Part shown: positions 37,683-50,239 of the stretch, one piece after another
How the letters are laid out: the number at the start of each line of letters is the position of its first letter
Numbering within the stretch: position 1 is the first letter of the stretch
Assembly (NCBI RefSeq): GCF_018977255.1
Contig: NW_024704742.1
Coordinates: 133,240,001 to 133,304,000, forward strand
DNA length: 64,000 nucleotides
DNA from: Callorhinchus milii
Taxonomy: Eukaryota
Direction: 5' to 3'
The notes under the pieces: generated by a model
Told to the model about the DNA's origin: nothing
Database searches by the model: none
What the model saw: only the letters and a program-made list of their open reading frames with translations
Program-made: the position numbers and the translations under genes

Positions 37683-38150
37683 TGGCCCTGGAGGGGGTGC
37701 AGTGTAGATTCACCAGAATGATACCAGGGCTTAAAGGGTCCAATTATGAGGACACGTTGCACAAACTTGGTCTGTATTCCCTTGAGTTTAGAAGGTGATC
37801 TAATTGAGGTTCTAAGAATGATTCGATTGGGTAGAAACGGAGAAACTATTTCCTCTGGTGGGGGAATCCAGAACAAGGGGGCATAGTCTTAAAATTAGAG
37901 CTAAGCCATTTAGGAGTGAAATCAGGAAGTATTTTTTCACACACATGGTAGTGGAAATCTGGAACTCTCTCTCCCAAAAGGCTGTGGGTGCTGGATCCAT
38001 TCACGTTTTCAAGATGGACAGATATCTGTTAGGTCAGGGTATCAAGGGATATAGGGCAAAGGCAGGTAAATGGAAATGACGTTCAGATAGAGCCATAATC
38101 TAATAGAATGGTAGAACAGGCTCGATGGACTGAATGGCCTACTCCTGTTC
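37683..38150 (+). mobile_element. CR1 LINE 3' fragment in RAI14 intron
   Basis: ESRTRGHSLKIRAKPFRSEIRKYFFTHMVVEIWNSL motif and CR1 3' UTR. Confidence 0.88.
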
Positions 38151-38262
38151 CTGTGGTTCTAAGCTTGATGCTATGATGATAGCATGGGCATTCTGGAAAG
38201 AGATTCAGCTGTGCCGTAACCTGCCCAACCCACAATGTTTAGTGTTAACTGCTGAAACTTAC

Positions 38263-38328
38263 CTGCACAGCATACAGAAGATGCATTCTATACACAGATA
38301 CCACTTCCTGGTGTCGTTGGTTTGCTTC
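38263..38328 (-). CDS. RAI14: RAI14 exon
   Basis: 66 nt, AG/GT boundaries. Encodes EANQRHQEVVSVYRMHLLYAVQ. Confidence 0.95.
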
Positions 38329-39711
38329 CTATGAATAAAATGGTTACATTGAATTAATTCGAGTAACTATTAGACACAATAGCAATTCATTAATGTCGTA
38401 CAAATTTGATCTACTGTAGTTCCCTTTTCTTCTGCCTGTCAAAGAGACATTGCGAGACATAACCTGTGGTGATTATGTGCTCTGAGACTTGAGTGCTCTG
38501 GGACGCTACCCTGTGTGAGTAGTTCTACATAAACCCAAGTTGTTATTGTGTTCAGTGATTGGAAGAAGTCGCCTGGGATTGACCAAACTCACTTACTTAA
38601 TCATAATCCTTGCATTTGATATAGCTCTTTATCATATCGTTGAGACGTCTCAAAGTGGTTCACACAATATACTGTAAAGTGAATTGACTGTATATTTTGT
38701 GTGTGAAATTTTTTTAAGGGTTAAAGGAAGCTAAATATATTTTAAGGGTTGAAGGCGGCTGCGAGGAATACAATAACCGTTGCATTTCACATAGTGCCTT
38801 TCGCATCAGGAGGACGTCTCAAAGCGCTTCACAGGATTTATTGTGAAGTGTAGTGACTGTGTACGTGGGCAAGTCTTCAGACACCTCATATCTGCTCTCT
38901 GGAACTCTCTCTCTAAATACGTCCACCTTGCAGCCTCTCTCCCTGGTGTCAAAATCCTAAAAAAACTATTGCTTTGACTACACCTTCCCTTATCTCACTC
39001 CATTCCCCTCACGAGTTTGGGCTTTCACTCCATCTCTGCAAAGCTTCTGTTTAAACACATGGAAGCTACAATAAAAGTGCAAGACGTATTCCCTGTTCCA
39101 TTTAGTTCCCAAATATTATTCATCATGTAATTATTTTTATAAGAAAAATTGATTTAAAACCGATCTTCTCACATAGGTTTGTCTGGGCCCTGGCAGCACA
39201 ATGGCAATTTATGTTCATAATAATAATACATAATTATTCTTATAAATAATTTCAGATAAATAATTACAATTCTGTATAATGATTATTTATTTATAATTAA
39301 TATATTATAAGTAAATATAATTAGCCATAATATTAATAATATATTGCTTGCACATTTCCTGTGAAGTGAAGTGACTGTATTTATTAGCGAACCCAGCAGG
39401 CTAATTGCATACAGCAATGTGCCAAAAACAGCCGTGAAACAAACCACCCGTTTTATTTGGGAGACTGTTGTTTCCATAATTTATAATAATACTTGCATTT
39501 GGTATAGCGCCTTATCACGTTTTCGAGATGTCTCAAAGCTCTCCACAGAGTATACCGTTAAGTGAATTGACAGTGTATTTTGTGGGGGAAATGCGGCAAC
39601 CAATTACACAAGGCAAGGTCCCACAAATAGTCATGGTAATAAGTAACGAGCATTAGTTTAAGTGTTAAGTGCAGGGCTTTAGAGTGTAATAAGTTCTGCT
39701 TAGGAACTCAC

Positions 39712-39861
39712 AGTAAGCTGGTGCTGCAAATTCTTTGTTTGCTGCTGAAGAGTCTCAAGCTGCTGGTTTTGTCTCTTGGGAATGTTTGAGGTGTAAGAAA
39801 GTTGGGACAAGCTGTTCAACGCTTCCTTCAGTTTGGTTACTTCCTTGTAAAGTTCGTTAAT
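39712..39861 (-). CDS. RAI14: RAI14 exon
   Basis: 150 nt, taatag| and |gtgagt. Encodes [50 protein letters not shown]. Confidence 0.95.
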
Positions 39862-41192
39862 CTATTAAGAATAGCGTTAATAAAAAAAGTGAGCAATTCT
39901 GCAGTCAACGTAACAATCACATTTCAAATTGTATAATTATAATAAATATAATATATTATATCAATAAAAACTAAATATAATAATAAGTTATAATATAATA
40001 AATTATATGAATATAATAAATGAGATAATAATTCTTGCATTTTGTGTAGTGCATCAACACGTTACCGAAACATCTCAAAGCGCTTCACAGGATTTACTGT
40101 AAAGTGACTATTTCTTGAGCCATGATATTACTCCCTTTAGGTAATACTGGGAGTGACATATGGGGAATGTGTCTCTCTCAACTATAACAAATTGACATTT
40201 ATATACAGTAGCACCTTTCATCAGGAGGATGTCCCAAGGCATTCAACAGTTCTGACTGACACCCAAGTTTGGAGTGGAGCTGAAGGGGGTGCGGGAGGGG
40301 AAAAGAGTTGTTCATTCACTTGACCACAAGCCAACAAACATTTACAAGCTTCAACTAAATGCATAATACAATATTACATTTGGATTGCGCCCTTCACAAC
40401 AACAACAACAACAAGATTCCATTTATTGAGTGCCTTTCACGTCGGGAGGACGTCTCAAGGACCATCAGGGATTTGCATCCGAGCTGGGGCGTGTTGGGAT
40501 CAGGGAGGGTGGAGGGCAGGGAGGGTAGGAGAGTGGCCGAAGGTGCGGTCGAAGAGGAGGATCTTGAGACTTGTCTTGAAGGAGGCAAGCGAGGGAGCAA
40601 AGTGAAGGGAATGTGGGATGGAGTTCCAAAGGGAGAATGTAAAGCAGATCAGACAGAATTCCGTGTATGCCACCTACACACATTTTCCTATGGAATGCGC
40701 TCTCCCCCCACAGGGACAGATCTTGCTTACCTAATTTTCTCGAGAGTATTAGATACAGGTTGGGTACTGCAGAGTGTGTCTGCTGTTGGGACTGCTGCAG
40801 CTTAATCAGCTAAAACCGTACAGCTCACCATTTAAAGCATCATCTGTCAAGCATTCCTGATTCTTGCCCAGCCAGAACCCTATACATTAGGGCTTTGGTT
40901 TGCAGGGTTACCAGGAGCTGAGTGGGAATAATCTCTGCTCCCAGTGAATTGGTCTACTCCTCCAAGACCTGCCAATGAACTTGGCTATCTGTGCTATCAT
41001 CAGCAGGGCACTGGGGTATTGGTGGCCCATCTGCACAGAAACTGGGCTACTGAGACCACCACAGAGGGTGACTCGATTCCGACATTTCTCTTGCGAAGCA
41101 CGGTACATTGGAAACAGGATCAGGCACCCCCCTGATGAAGTCTAACCAGCTAAAACTGCAACGTGGCTGAATTGGGACGCGGGAGAACTTGC

Positions 41193-42788
41193 CTTTTTCT
41201 CCTTATCCTCCTCCTGCTTTAAGGAGCTTCCAACACGCTTCTCCAGCTCGCTAACATTGTCCTGCATCTCGCGGCACTTGGCGCGGAGATCAGTGAGTTC
41301 CTGCTCTCTGAGCACCAGCTGGGCTTGAGCCACCTCCCGCTCGCTCTTGGACAGCGAGCATTCCTTCCGGGCTTGTGTGATCTCCGCCGACGCCCTCTCC
41401 TGCTCCTTCAGCACTTCACCCGTCTTCACCGTCAGCCGGTTCAGCTCCGCCCTGAACGAGGCCTTGAGCTTCTCGTACTCCGACTTGGGGATCATCTCCT
41501 CCTGGATGATGGCGCTGTTCTCGGCCGTCACCTGCTGCAGGATTTGGAGATCGTGTTCCTTGCGCTCCAACTCCTGCACCGCTTGACTCGCTTTGCTCTC
41601 CGCGGCCTTTATGATGTTCTCCAGGGACGCCACAATCTGGGTGTGCTCGGCGAGACACACCGAGCTCTGCCTCTGGACCTCCAGGTCCTTCTGCAGTTTG
41701 GCCGTGTCTCTCTCCGCATCCGCCAGCTTGGCTTCGGCCTCGGACAGGTAGTCCTTCAGCTCCCCGATTGAGTCGTTCAGCAGTCGCACCGCCTGCTTGT
41801 GCTGGTCCTTGGGGACGTAACTGGAGTTAATGTGCTCGGACACCGCTTGTAACTGCTTGCCCTTCACCTCCTTCAGCTCGCTCTGAGCCTCGTTGTACCA
41901 CTGAGTCAGTTCGGCCACTTGACGGTTCAACTTGTCTATGGTCCGGTTCAGGGCTTTCTGCATCTCCAGGAAGTTCTGCTTCTCCTGAGAGAGCCCCTGG
42001 TGGCTCAGCCTCTCCTGTAGCTTCTTGATCTCTCCCTGCGCCTCCCTGAGCTTCTCGATCAGCAAAACCTTCTCCTGGTTGACCTCGTCAAGCAGCGAGC
42101 TCTGGCTTTGCTTGAACTCCTCAAACTCATCCTCGGAGATGCTCCTGGCCAGGACCTTCTCCATTTCCTCCAGCTTCTCCTCCAGGTCGCTCACCATGCA
42201 CTCGGCCCGTTCGCGGTCCTCCAAAACCTCGTCAAGTTTCCTCTTCAGCTCTTCCATCTCCTTCTGGCGGATGTCCACCACTTCTCCAGCATTGGTCGAG
42301 GAGTTGGGCCTCTTCCTGGCCAGGAAGGTCTGCTGGATCTGGGTCTGGAGCCTGGTCACTTCCGTCATGGCTTCCTCGTACTTGTCCTGGAGCTCCTCAA
42401 GCTTGTGCTGGAGGCAGTAACTGTTCTCTGCCATTTCGATAGTCGTCTGCACGCTCTTCTCCAAGGACTCGGTTACTGCCTCGTGTGGACTTTCCAGCAG
42501 ACAACACCCAGTCTTTGCTTCCCCTTCGCTGCTGTTTTGCCTCTCGCAAACCTCCAGGGTCAGCGAGCCATCCCAGACCCTGGAAGGCAAGGCGGTCTTC
42601 AGGCTTGTGATCTCAGCCTGCGCCTCTTTGTACATTTCCGTCAGCTGCTTGTAACTGTCTAGGAGCGATCGATGGGAATCGGAGGAGTTGAAATTCTGGT
42701 CGTACGACAGTGTCTCTGGGCTCTCCCGGGATTGCTCGTGCTCTGGCAATATGCTCAGGTTCTCTTCTCTGTGATGAAACTCCAGCCC
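41193..42788 (-). CDS. RAI14: RAI14 large coiled-coil exon (1596 nt)
   Basis: Lies inside the 637-aa ORF 41142..43055, an E/K/Q/L-rich heptad sequence ending EEDKEKK. Acceptor aaacacag| (alternative near 42805); donor AAG|GCAAGT (GC-type). Confidence 0.9.
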
Positions 42789-43204
42789 CTGTGTTTTAAC
42801 CAAACCTACAGTTAGAATCAACCAGATGCAGATCCTCAATACAATACAAATTACATCTATATAGCGACTTTCATATCGGGAGGATGTCCCAAGGCGCTGG
42901 ACAGTCAGGGAATTAGAACCGAGCAGAGGGTTTGGGATCAGGGAGGATGGAGGGCAGGGTAGGTAGGATGGTGACTCCTGGCTGTTTGGGGGGGGACTTT
43001 GCTGAGGGCAAATTGGCTGCTGTGTTTGTCTAGAAACACAATTTAGTTTAATCAATCTACTTTACAGTAAATTCTGTGAAGCGCTTTGAGAGGTCTCAAC
43101 AAGGTGATAAGGCGCTATATCAAATGCAAAGATGATTATTATTATAATAAAAATTACGTGAAATGTTTTGGTGTTATCAAATATATGAGGAAAAGTAGTA
43201 AACA

Positions 43205-44035
43205 GTGAAGAGAATGGTAGCACGCTGCAAGGGGCCATAGATAAACTGGGCAGACATGTGGCAGATGAAGTTTAATGTGGAGAAATGCAAAGTAATACAC
43301 TTTGGGAGGAGGGGCAATATAAGCTGATGGTACAATCTTAAAGGGGGTGAAGGAACAGAGAGACCGTGGGGTTCATATAAGTAAATCTTTGAAGGTGGCA
43401 GGACAGGTAAATAAAGCTGTTAAAAAAGCATACGGGATACTAGGCTTTATAAATAGGGGCATAGAATACAAAAGTCAGGAAGTTATGATGAAACTTTATA
43501 AAACACTGGTTAGACCTCAGCTAGAGATGGTGTTCAGTTCTGGGCACCACACTTTAGGAAGGATGTCAAGGCATTGGAGAGGGTGCAAAGCAGATTTCCA
43601 GCATGGAACCAGGAATGATGGACTTCAGTTATCAGGAGAGGCTAGAGACGCTAGGATTATTCTCCTTGGAGCAGAGAAGGTTAAGAGGAGACTCAATAGA
43701 AGTTTTCAAAATTATGAGGGGATTTGATAGGATGAATAAGAAGAAACTATTTCCACTGGCAGATGGGTCGGTAACCCAAGGATATCGATTTAGAATTGTT
43801 AATTGGGATGTGAGGAGAAATGTTTTCACATTGCAAGTTGTTCGGATGCATGGCCTGAAAGGGTGGTGGAAGCCAATTCAATAACAACTTTTAAGAGAGA
43901 AGTAGATAATTATTTGGGGAGGACAAGTTTGCAATGTTTAGAATGGGATTGATTTGGATAGCTCTTTTCAAAGAGCCAGCACAGACACGATGGGCCGAAT
44001 GGCTCCTTCTGTGCTGTATAATTCTATGATTCCAT
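43205..44035 (+). mobile_element. CR1 LINE 3' fragment in RAI14 intron
   Basis: KKAYGILGFINRGIEYKSQEVMMKLYKTLVRPQLE and LGLFSLEQRRLRGD.IEVFKIM motifs, frameshifted. Confidence 0.92.
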
Positions 44036-44697
44036 AAGAGCTTTCTATTCTATATACACTCGTCAAAAAAACTCTTTCAACGCACTTTTTGCTACTTCAA
44101 AAACATGAATTTCTCTTCATCACTTGGAGACATGTTTGTGTATGGATCCACATGTGTGTGTGGATGGGTGGTGTGGGTTTGTGTGTGTGTGTGGAAGGCT
44201 GGTGTGGGTTTGTGTGTGTGTATGGAGGTAAGGGTCAGTCTGTGAAAGGGTGTGGGGGTATAATTCTAAGTGTTACAAATATCAAGGTTATGGGTTAAAG
44301 GAGTGGCACTATTTAGAAATGCACAGTACGGAAACCATGCATCTGATAAATAACAGTAACCTCAGCGCAAGGTACGTACCCAATTCAGATAGACCACCCA
44401 TTCGGATTTTGGCTTGCAGGATTATCGGTGGATCTAGATCATGGATTAACTGAGGATAAATCTGGGTTTGCCAAGGCTAGTTCAGGAGACTCTTTAATTT
44501 CTCCTTCCCCCCCCACCCTACCACCTCACACACACAAACCCACACCACCCATCCACACACTTTTAGCCAACAGTTTCACTGACGTCAAATGGAGGAAGAT
44601 CTCAACCAGGATTCAGACCCTAGGATCATCTGATTCCAACCCTGACTTGAAATTCTAAGATATAGTGAGGATATTGTGTGTGCATTGGATGGGATAC

Positions 44698-44816
44698 CTG
44701 CAGTTTATCCAGGAGCTCATTATTTTTCACTGTGAGGGAAGCGATTTGGGATTGCAATGCCTTTATTTGGTCCAATCCTTCAACGTAGCCTCTCTCAGGT
44801 GTTCCTATTTCAGTAC
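44698..44816 (-). CDS. RAI14: RAI14 exon
   Basis: 119 nt, ttttgctacag| and |gtatcc. Encodes GTEIGTPERGYVEGLDQIKALQSQIASLTVKNNELLDKLQ (ASLT..N.EL.DKLQ motif). Confidence 0.88.
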
Positions 44817-45419
44817 CTGTAGCAAAAGGAACACAACAGAAATGGCCCAAATGATTTACTCCCTCAGTTCCACGTAAAAGAAAAATACCTTCACTTGTTA
44901 TTGAAGCGTTATGAAGAAGTCAGGGTCAGCCACATTCAAAAATTCAATTCAAATCCAGCTCTGCACTGAAAATGGTCCATGTCTAAGTCACCATTGAAGT
45001 CACTTCCTGCATTGCGGTATACGCAGATCACAGGAAGCAACATTAGTGGTGACATGATAACCAAGTACAGGCCATTTTAGCATCCCGTGAGCTAAAAAAT
45101 GACCAGCTTCTGTGTCATAAACGGACAACAGGAAGTCAGCTATTTTTGACCTGACAGTAGGAAGTGATGCACCCCGATGATCCAGCACCTCGATGATCCA
45201 GTTTTGCACTTTTGTTTAAAAAAGCATGGGAAACAGCTGGCACTCAGGAAACAGGCCACAGGGGCAGTAAAACGCAGCCCCAATTCATAAATAAAAGTAA
45301 TACTGAGTACATTTCTACAACTAATTTATGTGCAATCTTCATGATGTATCCAGTTCTGCATTTCCAAGTATATAGACCAAATCCAACACTTAACTTGGGT
45401 AAGTTTTGTTAGACAGTAC

Positions 45420-45486
45420 CTTTCATGTCAATTGGTATTTCTCCATTATTCCAAGAAACTTGCTGTTTTAGATCATTTTCTTCCAT
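45420..45486 (-). CDS. RAI14: RAI14 exon
   Basis: 67 nt, tgcctag| and |gtactg. Encodes MEENDLKQQVSWNNGEIPIDMK and supplies the phase 0-to-1 change the flanking exons require. Confidence 0.72.
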
Positions 45487-45849
45487 CTAGGCATAAAGAG
45501 CATTCATATAAAAACACCGCTCATCTTCTGTCCAAGTACACTTCTAATACAATTTACATTTATTATGATAATAATAATAATCTTTGCCTTTGATAGAGCG
45601 CCTTTTCACATCGTTGAGACGTCTCAATACACTTCACAGAATATATTGCAAACAACAACTTACATTTGTATAGCGCCTTTCACGTCAGGAGGACTTCCCA
45701 AATGGAGATTAACTGTGTATATTTTGGGGCAAATGACGGCAACCAATTGCGCACAGCAGTGTCCCACAAACGACTGTAATGCAGAGTGCAGTGACTGTGA
45801 TTTGTAGGCAGAATGCAGCATTGCATAAGAAGTTCAAGAAGAGTCTTAC

Positions 45850-45960
45850 CTCCAGGTGTTTTTTGTCTAAGAGCTGCTGATTTAGATTTTGTATCATCTC
45901 TAGTAACTTCACCTTCTCTTCTTGAAGCTTTCTCATTTCTTCGTTGCTTGCCTCCTTTCC
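45850..45960 (-). CDS. RAI14: RAI14 exon (coiled coil)
   Basis: 111 nt, ttaacag| and |gtaaga. Encodes GKEASNEEMRKLQEEKVKLLEMIQNLNQQLLDKKHLE. Confidence 0.82.
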
Positions 45961-47200
45961 CTGTTAATCGCAAATACAGTCAAAACCTGGTTCGTGCAAT
46001 CACCTCCCTTCAGCAACTACCTTTATTAACAATTACCCTGGAACAGCCCAGACAGAAATTCTACACACACCAACAGAGGCCACCCCTATATAAAGTCCAC
46101 TTCAGTTCCTGAGAGGTTGCTTAAGACAGGTTTGTTTGTATAACATCTCAAGTCTCCTTTCTTCAATGCACCATTGGTTCTGAAGGCAGGGAAAATGCAT
46201 GGGTCAAGGGACTGCCCAGACCACTGAAATCTGTTTAGATTTTTTGGACACAATTTTGTCCGGGTTCCATCAATTCAGAAGAGCCGAAGGCAACTCTTTG
46301 AATGAAGTGCTTTAATATCGTATTTTCTTTGCTCACTCGGATGTCCGACACATTAAGAGTATCAGCATGGGATTTCTTTGGCATCACCATGCCAAAAAAC
46401 CCCACACAAACAAAGAATCAAACAACCTGAATACCCAGTTACTGTTTTTAGGTGTGATCTCTACAGCAAGGAAATCAATTCCTGATAAAGACATATGGTG
46501 CCTTCAGTCAATCAAATCGTCAATCAGTCTGTTCATCATAATAATCCTTGCATTTGAAATAGCGCCTTATCACGTCTTCCAGACTTCTCAAAACGCTTCA
46601 CAGAATATATTGCAAAGTGAATTGACTATATGTTATGGGCGAAACGCTGCAGCCAACTGCTCACAGCAGAGTACCACAAACAATCATGGATTAAGTGACC
46701 AAACTTTTTATTTTATAAAGGGATTACTACCCCCGGAAGAGCGATCCGCCAATTGACTAACCGGGTTTCTATTTAATGCTACGTAAACAGAGGTGTGTGG
46801 AGCAAGGAAACTTGCCCAACATTTTGCCCTGCCTGGGAATCAAACCCAAGTCCTCTCACCTGAGAGGCAAGTGCTCTAACCACTGAGCTACAGGACTCCA
46901 CAATAATAATAATAAGCCTTGCACTTGATATAGCGCCTTATCATGTCATTGAGACGTCTCAAAGCGCTTCACCGAATATAATGTAAAGTGGATTGACTGT
47001 GTATTTTGTGGCGACACATGGCAGGCAGTGAGTGACCAATTTTATTTTGGGGGATTGTTGACCAGGACAGTGGAAGAATCTCCCTTCTCTTTTCGAATAG
47101 TGCCATGGGATCTTGAACAGCCACCTGAGCAGGCAGATGGGACCTCAGTTTAATGTCTCCTCCGCAGGAAAAAGATGCAATAATACAGTGAAACACCTAC

Positions 47201-47296
47201 CTGAGCAGACACCTTTTCCACTTCCGATGCCTCGCACTTTGATGCCGGAAGAGGATTGAAGGTTTGGGGCGTGGATGTATCAGTGGGCAAAGGACT
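47201..47296 (-). CDS. RAI14: RAI14 exon
   Basis: 96 nt, ttgtctag| and |gtaggt. Encodes SPLPTDTSTPQTFNPLPASKCEASEVEKVSAQ. Confidence 0.78.
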
Positions 47297-47409
47297 CTAG
47301 ACAAGGCAACACAAAGTATTGATAGGCAAAATGTTTAAAACTATGAAGCAATATTAACTTCACTAATCTCTTAGATGAATGATGACAAGTGAGATGTGTT
47401 TTCTTTTAC

Positions 47410-47496
47410 CTGCATGGAACTGACTGGTGGCGGAGGAGCTTTGCGCTTTTTGGGAGTTTCACTTCTATCGCCAGAGAATCTAATGCTTGGATCCAG
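47410..47496 (-). CDS. RAI14: RAI14 exon with basic NLS-like/proline motif
   Basis: 87 nt, cctgcag| and |gtaaaa. Encodes LDPSIRFSGDRSETPKKRKAPPPPVSSMQ; TPKKRKAPPPP is conserved in RAI14. Confidence 0.93.
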
Positions 47497-48669
47497 CTGC
47501 AGGTTTCACAGACCAGAAACGTACAGTGGTTAGTCTTGTTAGTCAAAGTTGGGAATAGGTTAACGTCTCTACATTGAGATGCACAAGTTAAATCGCATGC
47601 CACCTCCCTTTTTTTGCAGTTTGTTCAGAGCTCATGCTTACTCTCTCACTGTGCACAAAACAATAAACCCGAACAAAAAGCACTAAAAGCAAGCAAACGT
47701 ACACAACGTCTTTAATAACGCTTTTGCTCAGGTAATACTTAAAACAGCAACTTGCATTTATACAGCGTGTTGGAGAGTTTTACGAGGATGGTATTCGGCA
47801 CTGAAAGGGAGGTGGCCATAGGCACATTCAAAGAGGTGGTATGTATAAAGACAGAGAAGGGGTCAGACAGAATGATCAGAGGAAAGGAATCACAGAGGTA
47901 AGGAGTGTGTGAGACGGTGATGCGAAGAGGTGCAGTAAAGCTGAGTTAGCTGAGGGGATGAGGTGGGTAGCAGAATAGGAGGAGGAGGAGGTTGGACGAG
48001 CAGCTTGCGGTGACAGGATGGCATAAAGAAGCCATCTTTACTGCACTGACCGCAAAGAGAATTTGAACTCTTAACGAGCGGGGGTGACATAACTGCATCG
48101 ATATATTGATGCAAGCATATTTTGTGTAAAAGTCTTGAACCAATTCAGCATGAGTTTCCACGTGCTTGTACTTTGGTCTTATATTCCTGCACTTTTAAAC
48201 TGCAAACCAATTTCTCCCCCTATGGCAAACTGGTCAGACTCTACAGCAAACTGAATAGAAGCACCCCACGCCCCCAGCTCAGGTGCCCATCTAGCAATGT
48301 CAAGTGTTTCGAGATGTCCTCCTGACATGAAAGGTGCTGTTTCAATTGTATTGCATCTCTCAAGAAACTCCTGCAACTACCTCTTAACACCGCCGCTGGT
48401 ACCATTAGCTTCAGTGGGCTGGCTCTGCCCTGACCAATTCGCTTTCGAAATCTACCGCCCTCGGCATAAAATCGATGCATGCTCACAAACAAGATTTTAT
48501 TCTGTGCAGAGAAAAGTATGGTATCCACTGCAGGCGTGAGGCTGCCAAGCCAAAGTTCACAAACACTGGTACCAGGCTGCCTCACTAGAATATTAAAACC
48601 ACAAAATAAAACAACAACACAGACGTGTTTTCAGTGATGCAGTTCACAGGAGTCCTTATTTCAGGATGC

Positions 48670-48905
48670 AACAAATCAGTAGAAAACAAGAGGGCACAGG
48701 TTTGGAGTTGGAAAGGGCCAATTTCAGGACAGACACCAGGAAGTTTATGTTTACCCAGAGGATAATTAATGACTGGAAAAAGGATGCCAGGGAGGCCGTT
48801 GGACTAATTTTTTGAAAAACTCTTGATGCTGTGTGCTGTGGTGGGGGATGGTAGGGAGTGTGTTCTGGAGCGATGAGGTTTGATAGATCGAACCAATCTT
48901 CATCC
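48670..48905 (+). mobile_element. Degraded CR1-clade LINE 3' fragment
   Basis: KTRGHRFGVG...FRTDTRKFMFTQRIINDWK-like remnant. Confidence 0.6.
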
Positions 48906-49339
48906 AAACAAATCTAATGTGAAGCTTTGTTTTTGAAAATATTCAAGCGTCGTGTTCTCTCTCTCTCCTCCCGCCCCAACTATTATTTGGACTCAACTTC
49001 CTGGAGTCCTGTGACTGTTTGGTGAATGTTTCAAACATTTTTAGAGACTAATGTTGACATTCTCTCACACCGAACTTTGTAACAATTGCAGTCGGACACC
49101 ATTGTAACATGCCCTGGTATATCGCGGGTCCCACAAGCAATACATAGGAAGCGATGTCAGCAATGATTCCCGCACACAGCACAGAGGAAGTGACGTCAGT
49201 GCATCCATGCTCCATTTGCAGCACGGGTGGTGGGGGAGGGTAGGGGATGGGATATTTTTGACCCCAATCACCAGATTATAAAGGAGTCCAAGCACTGTCG
49301 TAGCTTTAACCCGTATATTCATTTGTTTGTTTACTTTAC

Positions 49340-49368
49340 CTGCTTTGGTGTCTGTGCAGATTTCGTAT
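49340..49368 (-). CDS. RAI14: RAI14 29-nt small exon
   Basis: Pyrimidine tract then aaatag| and |gtaaag. Encodes (D)TKSAQTPKQ and bridges phase 1 to phase 0. Confidence 0.82.
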
Positions 49369-49913
49369 CTATTTTAAGAAAGAAAAACAGAGAGAAAAAA
49401 GGATATTCAAGTCTGATCAATATGGCTCGGTAACATAACTCACTTATAACATCCATAAAGCACTTATTCTAAATCATACTCCAGTGTAATGAAACTACTT
49501 TATCAATCAGGATTTCACCGCCCATTGATCGTCAGCTCTATAGGACCATTAAAGCAAAGAGATCACTTCATTCACTGTTACTGGCATCATGTCACAGAGG
49601 GTCATTCAACCATTCCATGCAAATACTAGAACTGGTCACACCTTGTTGCTAAGCTAACGATACAGAGCTGTGTCTTGAAATGCCTTCTGACACCTCCCCC
49701 CACCCACCCCAAACCCCCTTTAGTGACGAGGTCACAATAGGAGGAAAGAAGACAGGAGAATTCTCTTGTCAACAGCTTGCATTTATATAGCGTGCTGCAC
49801 CAGGACAGCATCTCAAAGCACTTTAATCACTCCAGGTGATTGATCCTCTACTTTCTATGGAGTTTGTTGGATACAAAGAATATTTGATTCATCAGAACAA
49901 AAGGTTCCATTCT

Positions 49914-50239
49914 TATAATAATAATAATAATCCTTGCATTTGATATAGCGCCTTTCACGTCGGGAGGACGTCCCAAAGCGCTTCACAGAACACACTGTAA
50001 AGTGAATTGACTGTATATTTATGGGCGAATGCGGCAGCCAATTGCGCACAGCAATGTCCCACAAACAGTCGTAGATTGAAAATGACCAATTTGTTATTGT
50101 TTTTGATTTTGGAGGGATTATTATTAGGCTCTGTGTGGAGTAAGGAAACTTGCCCAAGGTTTCGCCCTCTGCCTGGAATTGAACTCAGGTCTCTCACTTG
50201 CAAAGCGAGTGCTCTAACCACTGAGCTACAGGACTCCAC
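49914..50239 (-). mobile_element. Young tRNA-derived SINE, short variant
   Basis: Nearly identical to the two copies at 30.0-30.9 kb, with an intact GTGGAGTCCTGTAGCTCAGTGGTTAGAGC head. Confidence 0.92.

Noticed and set aside
41325..42662. Plus-strand ORFs of 131-184 aa
   Set aside because: They are antisense shadows of the GC-rich RAI14 coiled-coil exon.
42789..43055. N-terminal 89 aa of the 637-aa ORF as a single-exon gene start
   Set aside because: This part is intronic repeat-derived sequence upstream of the acceptor at 42788 and begins with a non-ATG codon.
50170..50239. tRNA-like sequences with A and B boxes (also about 19900-19966, 30260-30326, 46830-46901, 56215-56290)
   Set aside because: Each runs straight into a SINE body and tail and lacks a proper acceptor stem; these are SINE heads, not tRNA genes.
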